Below are positions 6,415-14,961 of a stretch of 26,574 bases of DNA, piece after piece (position 1 is the first letter of the stretch; each line of letters starts with the position of its first letter). Below the pieces are notes generated by a model. That model had not been told where the DNA came from. It ran no database searches and saw only the letters and a program-made list of their open reading frames with translations. Source of the stretch: Candidatus Heimdallarchaeota archaeon (GTDB lineage: Archaea; Asgardarchaeota; Heimdallarchaeia; Heimdallarchaeales; Kariarchaeaceae). The translations under genes and the position numbers were made by a program. The stretch lies in NCBI GenBank assembly GCA_030149205.1, contig JASBSB010000011.1, forward strand, positions 1 to 26,574, given 5' to 3'.

Positions 6415-9035
6415 GTTGCATCAAATTTAGGATTAAACCCTCCTAAAGGGGAATACTGGGTGAATTCGCTTTCCTTAACCAAGTATAACTCTACACCAGG
6501 GTATTTTAATTTATTATAGTTGGTGATTTGATTCAATAACTTGCTTGAAATTCCTATCATATATAAATTCAATAATTTCAATGAAGATTTTTTGGTTATA
6601 TCAAATTTATTGAGTAAATTATCGGGTAAAATTGCAAGACTTTTGTCGTAAGTCTCTTCAATTAATTTAAAATCTGAAAAGAGCTTACCCAAATTCGAGG
6701 TATCTAGTAAATCTGTTAACTCTGAAGTAATTTTCCTCATTTTTATTTTTTCATAAAATTTAGGTATCAATGACCTGAGTTTAATTTCATCCAAGTTATT
6801 TTCCTTTAATAAGAGCTCGTTTGTTATTTCTAAGGTGACTAAATCATATAAGTTCGCATATGGTTTGCCTTCATCATTCACAAGGTTGAATAAAGTTATA
6901 ACTCCTCTATCATTTCGATTATTTCTGTTACATCTTCCTGCAACTTGAATTATTGAATCTAATGGTGCCATATCTCTGTAAACTCTAGAAAAATCTAAAT
7001 CAATTCCTGCTTCAATCACCTGTGTTGTCACTAAAATCACTGGTTTGTTCTTGGCTAAAAGGTTTTCAACTTCCTGTATAGTGTTCTTTCGATCTATAGG
7101 TCTTACCCAGGTTGAGAGTAGAAAAGTTGAATAATTTTTGAATTCAGAATCAACAAAATCATAAACATCTCTGCAAGACTTTTTTGTATTTAAAACAATT
7201 AAAATTTGGTTGTTTTTATTCACCTCAATATTGTTTTTGAAGTATTCTATTAAATCTTCCATACCTATTTCACTGAGGTCTTCAAGGAAATTTATCTCAT
7301 ATCTATTGATTTGATCTAATATATCCCTTGGTAAATTTAATGTTGGTCTCACAATTGATTTCACTGAATTTACCAAGGGGCGAGGATTGGTGGCAGAACC
7401 AATAATAAAGTCAATATTCAGATATTCGATCATAAAATTAATTGTTTTTGATAATATTTTCCAATATTTTGGAGGCAAAGATTGAACCTCATCTAAAATA
7501 ATTATCGAACCAATTAATCTATGAAATCTTAAAATTGCCTTTTTCTTGCCTGAAAAAATTAGATTCAAGAAAGATACAAATGTTGTAACAATGAATTGGT
7601 TGTGCCATAATCTTGTTGAATAAGATGCTTTTCCAACAATTATTTCATCTACACTTTCAACAAAATTCTCTCCTTTAACAATAAATTGAGGTAGATCAGA
7701 GAAGCTATGATGGATAGTTAAAAGCTCCTTTTTGCCCAATTTATTTAGACTCAGGATTTCATCAACTACATTTCCAACCTGATCAGTTATAGAAATAAAG
7801 GGTAAAGCATAAATTATTCTTCGAAATTTTTTGGTTTGAATAGGATGTTTGTTTGCTAATCTGACAGCTAAATTTATCATGGCATATGTTTTTGCAGAAC
7901 CTGTTGGTGCTTCAATAATGTAGGCTGATGGTTTATCTGATAAATCATTAGAATCTAACACATTGAACAAAATATTTCTTAACCTGTTTAACTGACTAAG
8001 AGTTGTATTTCCGTTTGGTTTGAATTTTAAATTTATTGTTTTTTTAACAGTATCTAAAGGAATTTTTCCAGTGTACGACCAATCAAATTCATCGGAATGG
8101 GAATCTGTGTTTTGGATAAATGTTCTGGCATCCCACTCATCTAGGTCACATAGCATAGAATGAAGAGTTAGATAAAAAGGTAAAAATGATGATAAATTTT
8201 TTGCATTATTCCAATCATCCGTAATATCCTCTATTAAGTCTTCAAACTCATCTGATACTATTTCTTTCTTTATTGGTTTCAAATAATTATCCAAATTACT
8301 AACTTTATATCTGACTATTTCTCCAAGTTGATCTAATGATTTTTTAATAATGTCTTTTCGATCTCCAGTGAATTTTTCACTAAAATCACAAGAAATCAAA
8401 ATCAAATCGTCTATATATCCAATTTGTTTATTTTGTCCTGGAATTCCTATTTCAAACTTTTTGCAAAATACATGTGTCTTCATTAGTGATATTGTTGAAA
8501 GTGTATCTACCTTTGCCTCTTTTAAATATTCTAACAAATTATGTTTTATTAGAGGAGAATGATGGCTGGCAATGGAATAAGGGATAAGAATCTTGAATAA
8601 TGAGATAAAGTTATCTGTAAGGTCTCCTAACGAGTTCTTTATTTCATTTTTTTCAATAGCAAAATAATTTTCTAACAGCAAATATGAGAAAATAGAGCTA
8701 GTTTTTGTATGATAACTTAGTGGGTTTATTGTGGCTTTAACCTTATTTTGTCTTATTTTGTATTGAAACACTGGTGAAATTTTTCCAAAATCATGACAAA
8801 CCACTAAAATTTTCATAAGGTCTTCAACAATATATTCTGATATTTTTAATTTTGTTGAATCTGGGGCTTCTCCAAAACTTCTGAGAGAATCTTTTGCAAG
8901 TTCAAAAAACGGTAATCTAAATTTTAAATCAAATAATTTTTTTCTTAAGTTCGATAAATGATGTTCTAGTGGTTGCCCGGGTCTAGCTAATAACCGATTA
9001 TAAGATGAAAATTTTTCTTCAATTGATTTCGTCAT
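6411..9035 (-). CDS. cas3: Cas3 HD nuclease-helicase
   Basis: LEHHL, CHDFGK, ASHH and LCDLD (HD domain); APTGSAKT, LDEVQ, GSAT, TQVIEAGIDLDF and QVAGRCNR (helicase motifs). Confidence 0.97.
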   Translation of the reverse strand: MTKSIEEKFSSYNRLLARPGQPLEHHLSNLRKKLFDLKFRLPFFELAKDSLRSFGEAPDSTKLKISEYIVEDLMKILVVCHDFGKISPVFQYKIRQNKVKATINPLSYHTKTSSIFSYLLLENYFAIEKNEIKNSLGDLTDNFISLFKILIPYSIASHHSPLIKHNLLEYLKEAKVDTLSTISLMKTHVFCKKFEIGIPGQNKQIGYIDDLILISCDFSEKFTGDRKDIIKKSLDQLGEIVRYKVSNLDNYLKPIKKEIVSDEFEDLIEDITDDWNNAKNLSSFLPFYLTLHSMLCDLDEWDARTFIQNTDSHSDEFDWSYTGKIPLDTVKKTINLKFKPNGNTTLSQLNRLRNILFNVLDSNDLSDKPSAYIIEAPTGSAKTYAMINLAVRLANKHPIQTKKFRRIIYALPFISITDQVGNVVDEILSLNKLGKKELLTIHHSFSDLPQFIVKGENFVESVDEIIVGKASYSTRLWHNQFIVTTFVSFLNLIFSGKKKAILRFHRLIGSIIILDEVQSLPPKYWKILSKTINFMIEYLNIDFIIGSATNPRPLVNSVKSIVRPTLNLPRDILDQINRYEINFLEDLSEIGMEDLIEYFKNNIEVNKNNQILIVLNTKKSCRDVYDFVDSEFKNYSTFLLSTWVRPIDRKNTIQEVENLLAKNKPVILVTTQVIEAGIDLDFSRVYRDMAPLDSIIQVAGRCNRNNRNDRGVITLFNLVNDEGKPYANLYDLVTLEITNELLLKENNLDEIKLRSLIPKFYEKIKMRKITSELTDLLDTSNLGKLFSDFKLIEETYDKSLAILPDNLLNKFDITKKSSLKLLNLYMIGISSKLLNQITNYNKLKYPGVELYLVKESEFTQYSPLGGFNPKFDAT

Positions 9036-9045
9036 ACCTTGCTTC

Positions 9046-9900
9046 CTAAAGAAATGTAATTGTTTTATTTAACTTTTTAATTTCTACCCCTTTTTCTGAT
9101 TCTAGTTTAGCCTTAAATTCATCCTCTGGTCTGACCAAAAATACAGATTCAAGTCTTTTTGCTATGATATTCCATAATGACAATTTAGTCTTATCATCTG
9201 CTTTTTTCATTGCCATAGGTATATTCAACAAGGTTGGTGTGCTTAAGAGAGAAAGAGGTATTTCCTTCATAAATTCTGAGTCAATTGCAGAGTAAGGGAC
9301 AATTGTATTTACTTTATAAATTATATCTGTACTGATTTTTGTCCCCTCAAACTCTCCTACATATTCTACCCTCGCTAATAAGTTTGCATGACCTAAATAT
9401 GGTGGATAATAATACTTTTTATTTTCTAACCTATCCTTGAGCTTCGTATATATTTCTAAATTTTCGGTGTGAATATACAACTGATAACTTGCATCTTCAA
9501 TCAGATCGAGTTTTGTTGGGGCATTCATGCCTCTGCTATATTTAGCTCCTCTGTACCTACGTGCAAAATCCTTGGCATTTAATTCAATTAACTCTGCACC
9601 AAATGGGTCTTCAGGTATCAAAATTTTGGAATTTTGGATTGTGATGGTTTCCTTAACTCTAATATAATTAACTTTAAGAGAATTTCTCTTAATCGGATTT
9701 AAAATTTCCACGGCAATATTTAGTGAGCTTAACGGATTTTTTACATCCCAATATTGATTTCTAGGCTCTCCTAAAATCGCACCTAATAACCCAAGTACTG
9801 CGGTACGTGGTGGAAAAGGGTAACTCAAGTTTTCTCTTGTTGTTTCGGGGATTCTAAAATGAGCGAAATCTCCTTCTAACTTTACAACCAAAACCTTCAT
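9046..9900 (-). CDS. cas5: Cas5, type I-B (Cas5h)
   Basis: GDFAHFRIPET...SYPFPPRTAVLGLLGAILG; YYPPYLGHA. Confidence 0.95.
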   Translation of the reverse strand: MKVLVVKLEGDFAHFRIPETTRENLSYPFPPRTAVLGLLGAILGEPRNQYWDVKNPLSSLNIAVEILNPIKRNSLKVNYIRVKETITIQNSKILIPEDPFGAELIELNAKDFARRYRGAKYSRGMNAPTKLDLIEDASYQLYIHTENLEIYTKLKDRLENKKYYYPPYLGHANLLARVEYVGEFEGTKISTDIIYKVNTIVPYSAIDSEFMKEIPLSLLSTPTLLNIPMAMKKADDKTKLSLWNIIAKRLESVFLVRPEDEFKAKLESEKGVEIKKLNKTITFL

Positions 9901-9909
9901 ATGCTATCC

Positions 9910-10845
9910 TCATATATCTTCTAAAGCAAAATCACTTAAGAAATCTTTCAAGCTGTTACTTGATTCTTTTCCATCTGTAAATGTTAATCCTCTATCCTCT
10001 TTAATCTCGATGAAATCAATTTGATCTGAGAATTTTTTTATCCTTTCGAGAAATCCACTGATATTTACTCTAGCATCTTCTGATCCTTTTAAATTTAACT
10101 CATTTTCAAGAACAAACCCTTTATCTAAATCTCCTATTTGGAAATCATTTTCTTTTGAAGCTACAGAAAGTAGTAATCTTGGAAGATGGTTAGTTTTACT
10201 ACGAGTGTTAATTCTTTTGGTACCATTCCATAAGCCATCATAGACATATTTTAGGTCGTCCTCAGTAAATCCAACCTCTTTAGCATTATGTTCACAAGCA
10301 ATCCCATGAAACTTAATTAAAGAGTAATCAAGAACATGGAATTCTCCAATTGACCCCTGTCCCTTTCCTTCCTCGGAGGCAATAGTTGAAGAAATGGTAA
10401 AAGAATTGATATTTGGTTTGTTCATTGATCTTGCAATTGAAAATTGAACTGGGCCTGTTAAGGCGACATTAGCATCTTTAACAGTACCAACAACACCAAA
10501 AGACCTGACATCAATAAATTTTTCAGGCAATGATTTTCGGATAAGTTCACGAGTATCTCCTTTCACCACTCCTATTTCTAACTCTTGTTTAATTAATTCT
10601 TTCATGGAGAGGACATTTCCTTTGTTTTCTCCTTCATCAGATTTAACAACTCTTCGAATGAGCACCTTGTTGTTTTCAGTTTCCCTTGTAAGCCAATAAT
10701 CTCTTATTGTGCGTTTTAACCTTAGATCAGTGACTATATTGTAATCATTCTCATCCATTCTAGGTCTGTTTTCATCATCGGGATCTCCATTAGGATTAGA
10801 GTCCCGTACATCATAAATAAATACTATTTCTCTTCTTTGTTTCAT
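9910..10845 (-). CDS. cas7: Cas7, type I-B (Csh2)
   Basis: SNPNGDPDDENRPRMD, VTDLRLKRTIRDY, FIDVRSFG, TGPVQFS and RSKTNHLPRLLL. Confidence 0.96.
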   Translation of the reverse strand: MKQRREIVFIYDVRDSNPNGDPDDENRPRMDENDYNIVTDLRLKRTIRDYWLTRETENNKVLIRRVVKSDEGENKGNVLSMKELIKQELEIGVVKGDTRELIRKSLPEKFIDVRSFGVVGTVKDANVALTGPVQFSIARSMNKPNINSFTISSTIASEEGKGQGSIGEFHVLDYSLIKFHGIACEHNAKEVGFTEDDLKYVYDGLWNGTKRINTRSKTNHLPRLLLSVASKENDFQIGDLDKGFVLENELNLKGSEDARVNISGFLERIKKFSDQIDFIEIKEDRGLTFTDGKESSNSLKDFLSDFALEDI

Positions 10846-11354
10846 ATTTGTTCCTCCATATCTTCCGTTTCAGAAGGTTCATTTTCTTCTTCTTCAGATG
10901 GATTTAGTTGTGCCAATGAGCTATCAAATCCCATTTGGAATGAAATACCAAGATCATATTGATTCTCTTTAAACTCATTGATATCTTTTAATAAGTCAGA
11001 AATTCTGTTTCTAAGATCAGATTTCATAACGTACGTACTTTTTTCTTTAGAAGCAATTTTTTGTAATACTGAGTTACAATTGTTAATCATAATTTTGAGT
11101 TTCGTTTCATCTATTCGTCTAGTTAAGTTAGGAAGGTTCTTTATTAGACTAGATGTTTTAAGCATTTTTTTCTGAAGAAAAGAACTGATAGAATAATATC
11201 TTCCAACAAGATAGCTTATCTGTCTTTCTGGCTTATTATTGAAATATTCTGTCTTAAAGATTTCATCAAGAAATCTGTTATCCTCTATTAATTTCTGTTT
11301 GAAATTTTCTTTTTTATTGATTTTTTCTAGATTTTCCTCTGACATATTGTTCAC
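10842..11354 (-). CDS. cas11: Stand-alone Cas11b small subunit (equivalent to the Cas8b C-terminal domain); true start may be ATG 11345
   Basis: Helical 170-aa protein between cas8b and cas7. SYLVGRYYSISSFLQKK and ISFQMGF match the FLxG..L...Q and F..G motifs of the Csh1/TM1802 C-terminus. GTGA overlap with cas8b. Confidence 0.75.
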   Translation of the reverse strand: MNNMSEENLEKINKKENFKQKLIEDNRFLDEIFKTEYFNNKPERQISYLVGRYYSISSFLQKKMLKTSSLIKNLPNLTRRIDETKLKIMINNCNSVLQKIASKEKSTYVMKSDLRNRISDLLKDINEFKENQYDLGISFQMGFDSSLAQLNPSEEEENEPSETEDMEEQI

Positions 11355-12880
11355 TCCCTAAATAAATTTAACTGGCACATTAGTTCATATAAAACTAAAA
11401 ATGTGTTGAGCATTCTACGATATTCATACTTTTTGATGAGAGTTTGTTTTTTCAAACCACCGTTATAAACTAAAAACGGATCTTTTAGGTTTGAAATTGC
11501 ATTTTTTGAGAATTCCCTATTTGAGACCTTTTTACCTGTAAGTAATGAATTTCGAATTAGATCTGCTTCTTTTATTGAAAAAAGAGAATATAGATCTTTA
11601 AATTCAAATCTATACACATTTTTATTTAATAAAAATTCTTTCTGATTGAACTTATTTTCAATAGATTCTAGAACTTCTAAAAATTTTTGTAGTTTATTGA
11701 CATTTACAAAAGTTGTATCCATAAAGACAATTTTTGTATTGCTAACTCCTGTTCGCTCATTTGTATAAAATAAGTCTAAATACGAAATTCCTCTTTTCGC
11801 GAATTCTTTTAATAAGGTACGTTCATCAATTTTTGAGTTGGTAGTTATATCTTCCTTGTTTTTCTTAGTTGTTTTCACAATTTTATTTTTAGCAGACCTT
11901 ACTATTTTTTTATTAACTCTTTCTAAATTTTCCTTTAAATTTTCAGCTTCATTTCTTTTGGTTGTTGTTTGTGATTGAATGTTCTTTAATTGAATAATTC
12001 TCGAAATAATTTCATTTAATTTTTGCAGATCAAAGACTAAAGGAAGTAGGATGTGATTTACAAATAAATTATTTCTGGAGTTTATTGGCTTAATATAACT
12101 TGGGAACGACAATTCGTTAACCATCAGATTTAAACCTTGTTGAATATCATTTTGGCAGTCGTAACACAAATTGAGTTGATGTGTTTTTTTTGCGTCAAAT
12201 CCCATTACAAAATTGTTTAAATCAAGGGAAAAGAATTCAAAAACAGCTTTGTTAATTTTTGAAACAGGTATGAGGTTAACAAACTTTCCACAGGCATAGC
12301 AAATTCCATTTATTGAATCTTTATCCTTAGATACTTTCGCTGACGATAAGTATACTTTTATGAATTCATCAATTTCTCCAGGATACTTAAAACTTTCACC
12401 ATCATGCACTTTGAAAACTAATAGTGTTGGACATTTACTCTTATTTACTTTGTTTTTTTTCTTGTCAAAAAAATTATCCTTAATCTTTAGCTTTATTTCA
12501 TCTTCGACACTATTTTTATTTTGTTCTAGCCATTCGATTAGTTGAGGATAAATTACTAACTCATCCTTATTTTCACTTTCCAACACAGAAGCTGGGAATT
12601 TTGCAAAATTGATTATTCTTCCTGTTTTGTTTAGTTCATCAGGTTTTATGTTTAAAACAGGGGATAAGTTACTGCTATTTCCCCCTTGGATTCCCCTTAG
12701 GTAGGTAATTTCTTTATTTTCGCTATATTCCTCAATATTTACTTGAAAGGTATTTTTGTTTGGGTCGACTTCAATGACAAACAAATGATCTTTCTTGTAT
12801 TTACTTTGTTCTTTTATTAATGAAACTAAAATATCATCCGAATTGATTTCACCGATTTTTTTGACAAGTGATAATAACAA
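11351..12880 (-). CDS. cas8b: Cas8b large subunit (Csh1/TM1802-like) lacking the C-terminal Cas11 part
   Basis: First gene of the cas7/cas5 operon; CYACG and LCYDCQ zinc-site motifs, FFSLD, HILLPLV; TTG start with upstream GGGAG. Confidence 0.85.
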   Translation of the reverse strand: MLLSLVKKIGEINSDDILVSLIKEQSKYKKDHLFVIEVDPNKNTFQVNIEEYSENKEITYLRGIQGGNSSNLSPVLNIKPDELNKTGRIINFAKFPASVLESENKDELVIYPQLIEWLEQNKNSVEDEIKLKIKDNFFDKKKNKVNKSKCPTLLVFKVHDGESFKYPGEIDEFIKVYLSSAKVSKDKDSINGICYACGKFVNLIPVSKINKAVFEFFSLDLNNFVMGFDAKKTHQLNLCYDCQNDIQQGLNLMVNELSFPSYIKPINSRNNLFVNHILLPLVFDLQKLNEIISRIIQLKNIQSQTTTKRNEAENLKENLERVNKKIVRSAKNKIVKTTKKNKEDITTNSKIDERTLLKEFAKRGISYLDLFYTNERTGVSNTKIVFMDTTFVNVNKLQKFLEVLESIENKFNQKEFLLNKNVYRFEFKDLYSLFSIKEADLIRNSLLTGKKVSNREFSKNAISNLKDPFLVYNGGLKKQTLIKKYEYRRMLNTFLVLYELMCQLNLFRE

Positions 12881-12977
12881 CTTTCTACAATCTCCCGAGT
12901 TTCCCCTCAGAACTAATGTAAATATGAATTAATTCTAAATAAAGTTTGTTCTTTCAATATGGAAAACTGGTATAAAA

Positions 12978-12990
12978 GTTTATGATAAAG
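12978..12990. promoter_or_regulatory. Candidate operator GTTTAT-G-ATAAAG upstream of cas8b
   Basis: Differs from the palindrome at 15657-15669 by one arm base and the central base; lies about 100 bp upstream of the cas8b start. Confidence 0.35.
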
Positions 12991-13276
12991 ATAATATTAA
13001 AACAATATTTAATCTAGGTAACCAAATATCGACTTCTTACATAAGGTTGCGACTTAAGTTCCAAAATTTAATCAAATCTTTAGATTACATATGGAGAAAA
13101 TGTCAAACAAAATAATAAACTTAAAGCTCGCTTTTAGTATCTTAATTTAACAAAACTTTGTTCACAACTGTTTTTCTATTCTCCTTTAAAAAATATGATT
13201 TAGAAGATTTGAGGTTTCATACTTTAAACCCTGTTTTATTTCTTAACCTTCTTTAGTTCTGACTCCTATTGAAATT

Positions 13277-13474
13277 ATGGATGGTACAAAGCGAAGCTCA
13301 ATAGCAATTGGTGCAAAGGTGGCAATTGTTGAGAAGCATAATCAGAGGACTGGAGAGTTAACCTATGGTGAGGTCAAAGACATCCTGACCAACAAATCGT
13401 CACACCCCCATGGTATCAAGGTCAGGTTGTCAAATGGAAAAGTTGGAAGGGTTAAGCAGATTAACCCCCAGTAA
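13277..13474 (+). CDS. ywbE: YwbE (DUF2196) family protein
   Basis: MDG.KR..I..G..V.IV.K..QRTG.LT.G.VKDILT....HPHGIKVRL..G.VGRV signature. Confidence 0.93.
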   Translation: MDGTKRSSIAIGAKVAIVEKHNQRTGELTYGEVKDILTNKSSHPHGIKVRLSNGKVGRVKQINPQ

Positions 13475-13647
13475 TACCTTTTACAAGTAGTTTGTTTATA
13501 GTCAAAAGAAAAACAAACTTTAATGAATCAAGTTTAGCTCTACATCTGTATAATTCGTCCTAAGCCTTTATCAGCACAAAAAACAGGTATACAGCTGTTA
13601 CAAAGTTATCAAAAATTATTCTAGTAGAAACCCCAGAAAGGAAATTA

Positions 13648-14868
13648 CTATTCCTTTACCCACCTCTGGATCTCAGCCTCCAGGTTACTCAGATCTTTTC
13701 TTCCGAACACCTTGACAGATCTATCCACTAGGTAATCTCTGACCTCGTTCTCCAATGCACTTTTGTTATCCGAGAGACATACCAACCCAAAGTATGTCTT
13801 CCAGCCAGCAATCTGTGTGGAGCGGATCATGACCTCAAATATCTTTTTCTTCAGCTCAGATTTTCCACCTCTCTTTGAATCTGAGACTGTGGAGACAGAA
13901 ACCACATACACCCGGTTTTTAACCAAAAACACCATGTCTAGCTCAAATTCAGGATCTTTGCTAGAGATGTTGGTTTTGAAGTCATCAATCACTCCTAACC
14001 TTGTAAGGTTTGAAAGTGCATCTGCTACGCGACTCTCGAGCCAGAACCCATCAAACCATTCTACAAGCTTCTTAATCCTCCTGAACTGAAGCTGTTTGGT
14101 TAGATCTGCGAGTCTGACCTTTTGGTTATTTGGATGTATCAGTTGCTTTAGCTCAGGGATATCAGCAAATGAAATTTCAATTCCATGTAACTCGGTCTCA
14201 GGTTTAACTTTCCTGTTTTTTTTCTTGTAAGCCTTTCTCAACTGTTTAGATTTGAAATTGAGCCACCTCTTATCATTCTCTTGTTTGCTTAGCAACTTGA
14301 TTAATGCATCGACCACCTTTCTTTGCTCATTTTTCAAAGGGACAGTTGGATCAAACTTTGTGTCCTGATGAAGTGATATAACCTCAGAAACTGTGAATGG
14401 AAGATTGATCTCCTCTTCATGAGTTTCAAGGCTTGGTACCTTAGTGATGATGAGACTCCAGGGTTTTCCCCGTATGTAAGAGATGACAAAATCTGCGTTT
14501 ATTCTCTGTAGATAAAAGAGTGTTGCCATTAACATTGGCTTGGTACCACCGGTGGAATCAAAATGGACATAAGGTTTTTGTGGGTGATTAAATACCGGAT
14601 CAAGTGACATTTTGAGTTCTTTCAGAATCTCCCCTTGATCAAATGGTGGGACTTCAATTCCAAGGATCTGTTGTTCCTTTCCCCTCTGATCTCTCTTCTC
14701 CTGAAAATTTCTTTTCCATTGTAATATCCTTGAAAAGATCGGCTCATTAGCCTTGGTGTACAGAATAAAGACATGGGGGGTGTCAGAGAAGAGTTTGATA
14801 ACTGTGACAGGAACAATTGGATTGGATCCTAAAAGGGTGATGAGTACACTTGGTTTCTTAAGTGTCAA
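13648..14868 (-). CDS. CARF + DUF1887 (PD-(D/E)xK-like) nuclease, Card1/Can2-like
   Basis: N-terminal CARF motifs LITLLGSNP and FDSTGGTKPM; C-terminal FDGFWLE...ELDMVF....VYVVSVST...KKKIFE...RSTQIAG...GLVC. Confidence 0.8.
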   Translation of the reverse strand: MTLKKPSVLITLLGSNPIVPVTVIKLFSDTPHVFILYTKANEPIFSRILQWKRNFQEKRDQRGKEQQILGIEVPPFDQGEILKELKMSLDPVFNHPQKPYVHFDSTGGTKPMLMATLFYLQRINADFVISYIRGKPWSLIITKVPSLETHEEEINLPFTVSEVISLHQDTKFDPTVPLKNEQRKVVDALIKLLSKQENDKRWLNFKSKQLRKAYKKKNRKVKPETELHGIEISFADIPELKQLIHPNNQKVRLADLTKQLQFRRIKKLVEWFDGFWLESRVADALSNLTRLGVIDDFKTNISSKDPEFELDMVFLVKNRVYVVSVSTVSDSKRGGKSELKKKIFEVMIRSTQIAGWKTYFGLVCLSDNKSALENEVRDYLVDRSVKVFGRKDLSNLEAEIQRWVKE

Positions 14869-14961
14869 TTGTAAATGATTATTCGCTGTATGGTTATATA
14901 GTTGAGGACTTCTAGATAGTTATTTCAATATTCCTTAGATGAAACCTCTCAAATACCTGTG

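Noticed and set aside
12881-13276. Search for a CreA/scaRNA-like degenerate repeat upstream of cas8b
   Set aside because: Only 5-6 nt matches (GTTGC, GTTTCA) to the repeat; not supportable.
13489-13519. 9-bp inverted repeat AGTTTGTTT...AAACAAACT between convergent ywbE and CARF genes
   Set aside because: AT-rich with a 13-nt loop; it could be a terminator, but the evidence is too weak to annotate.
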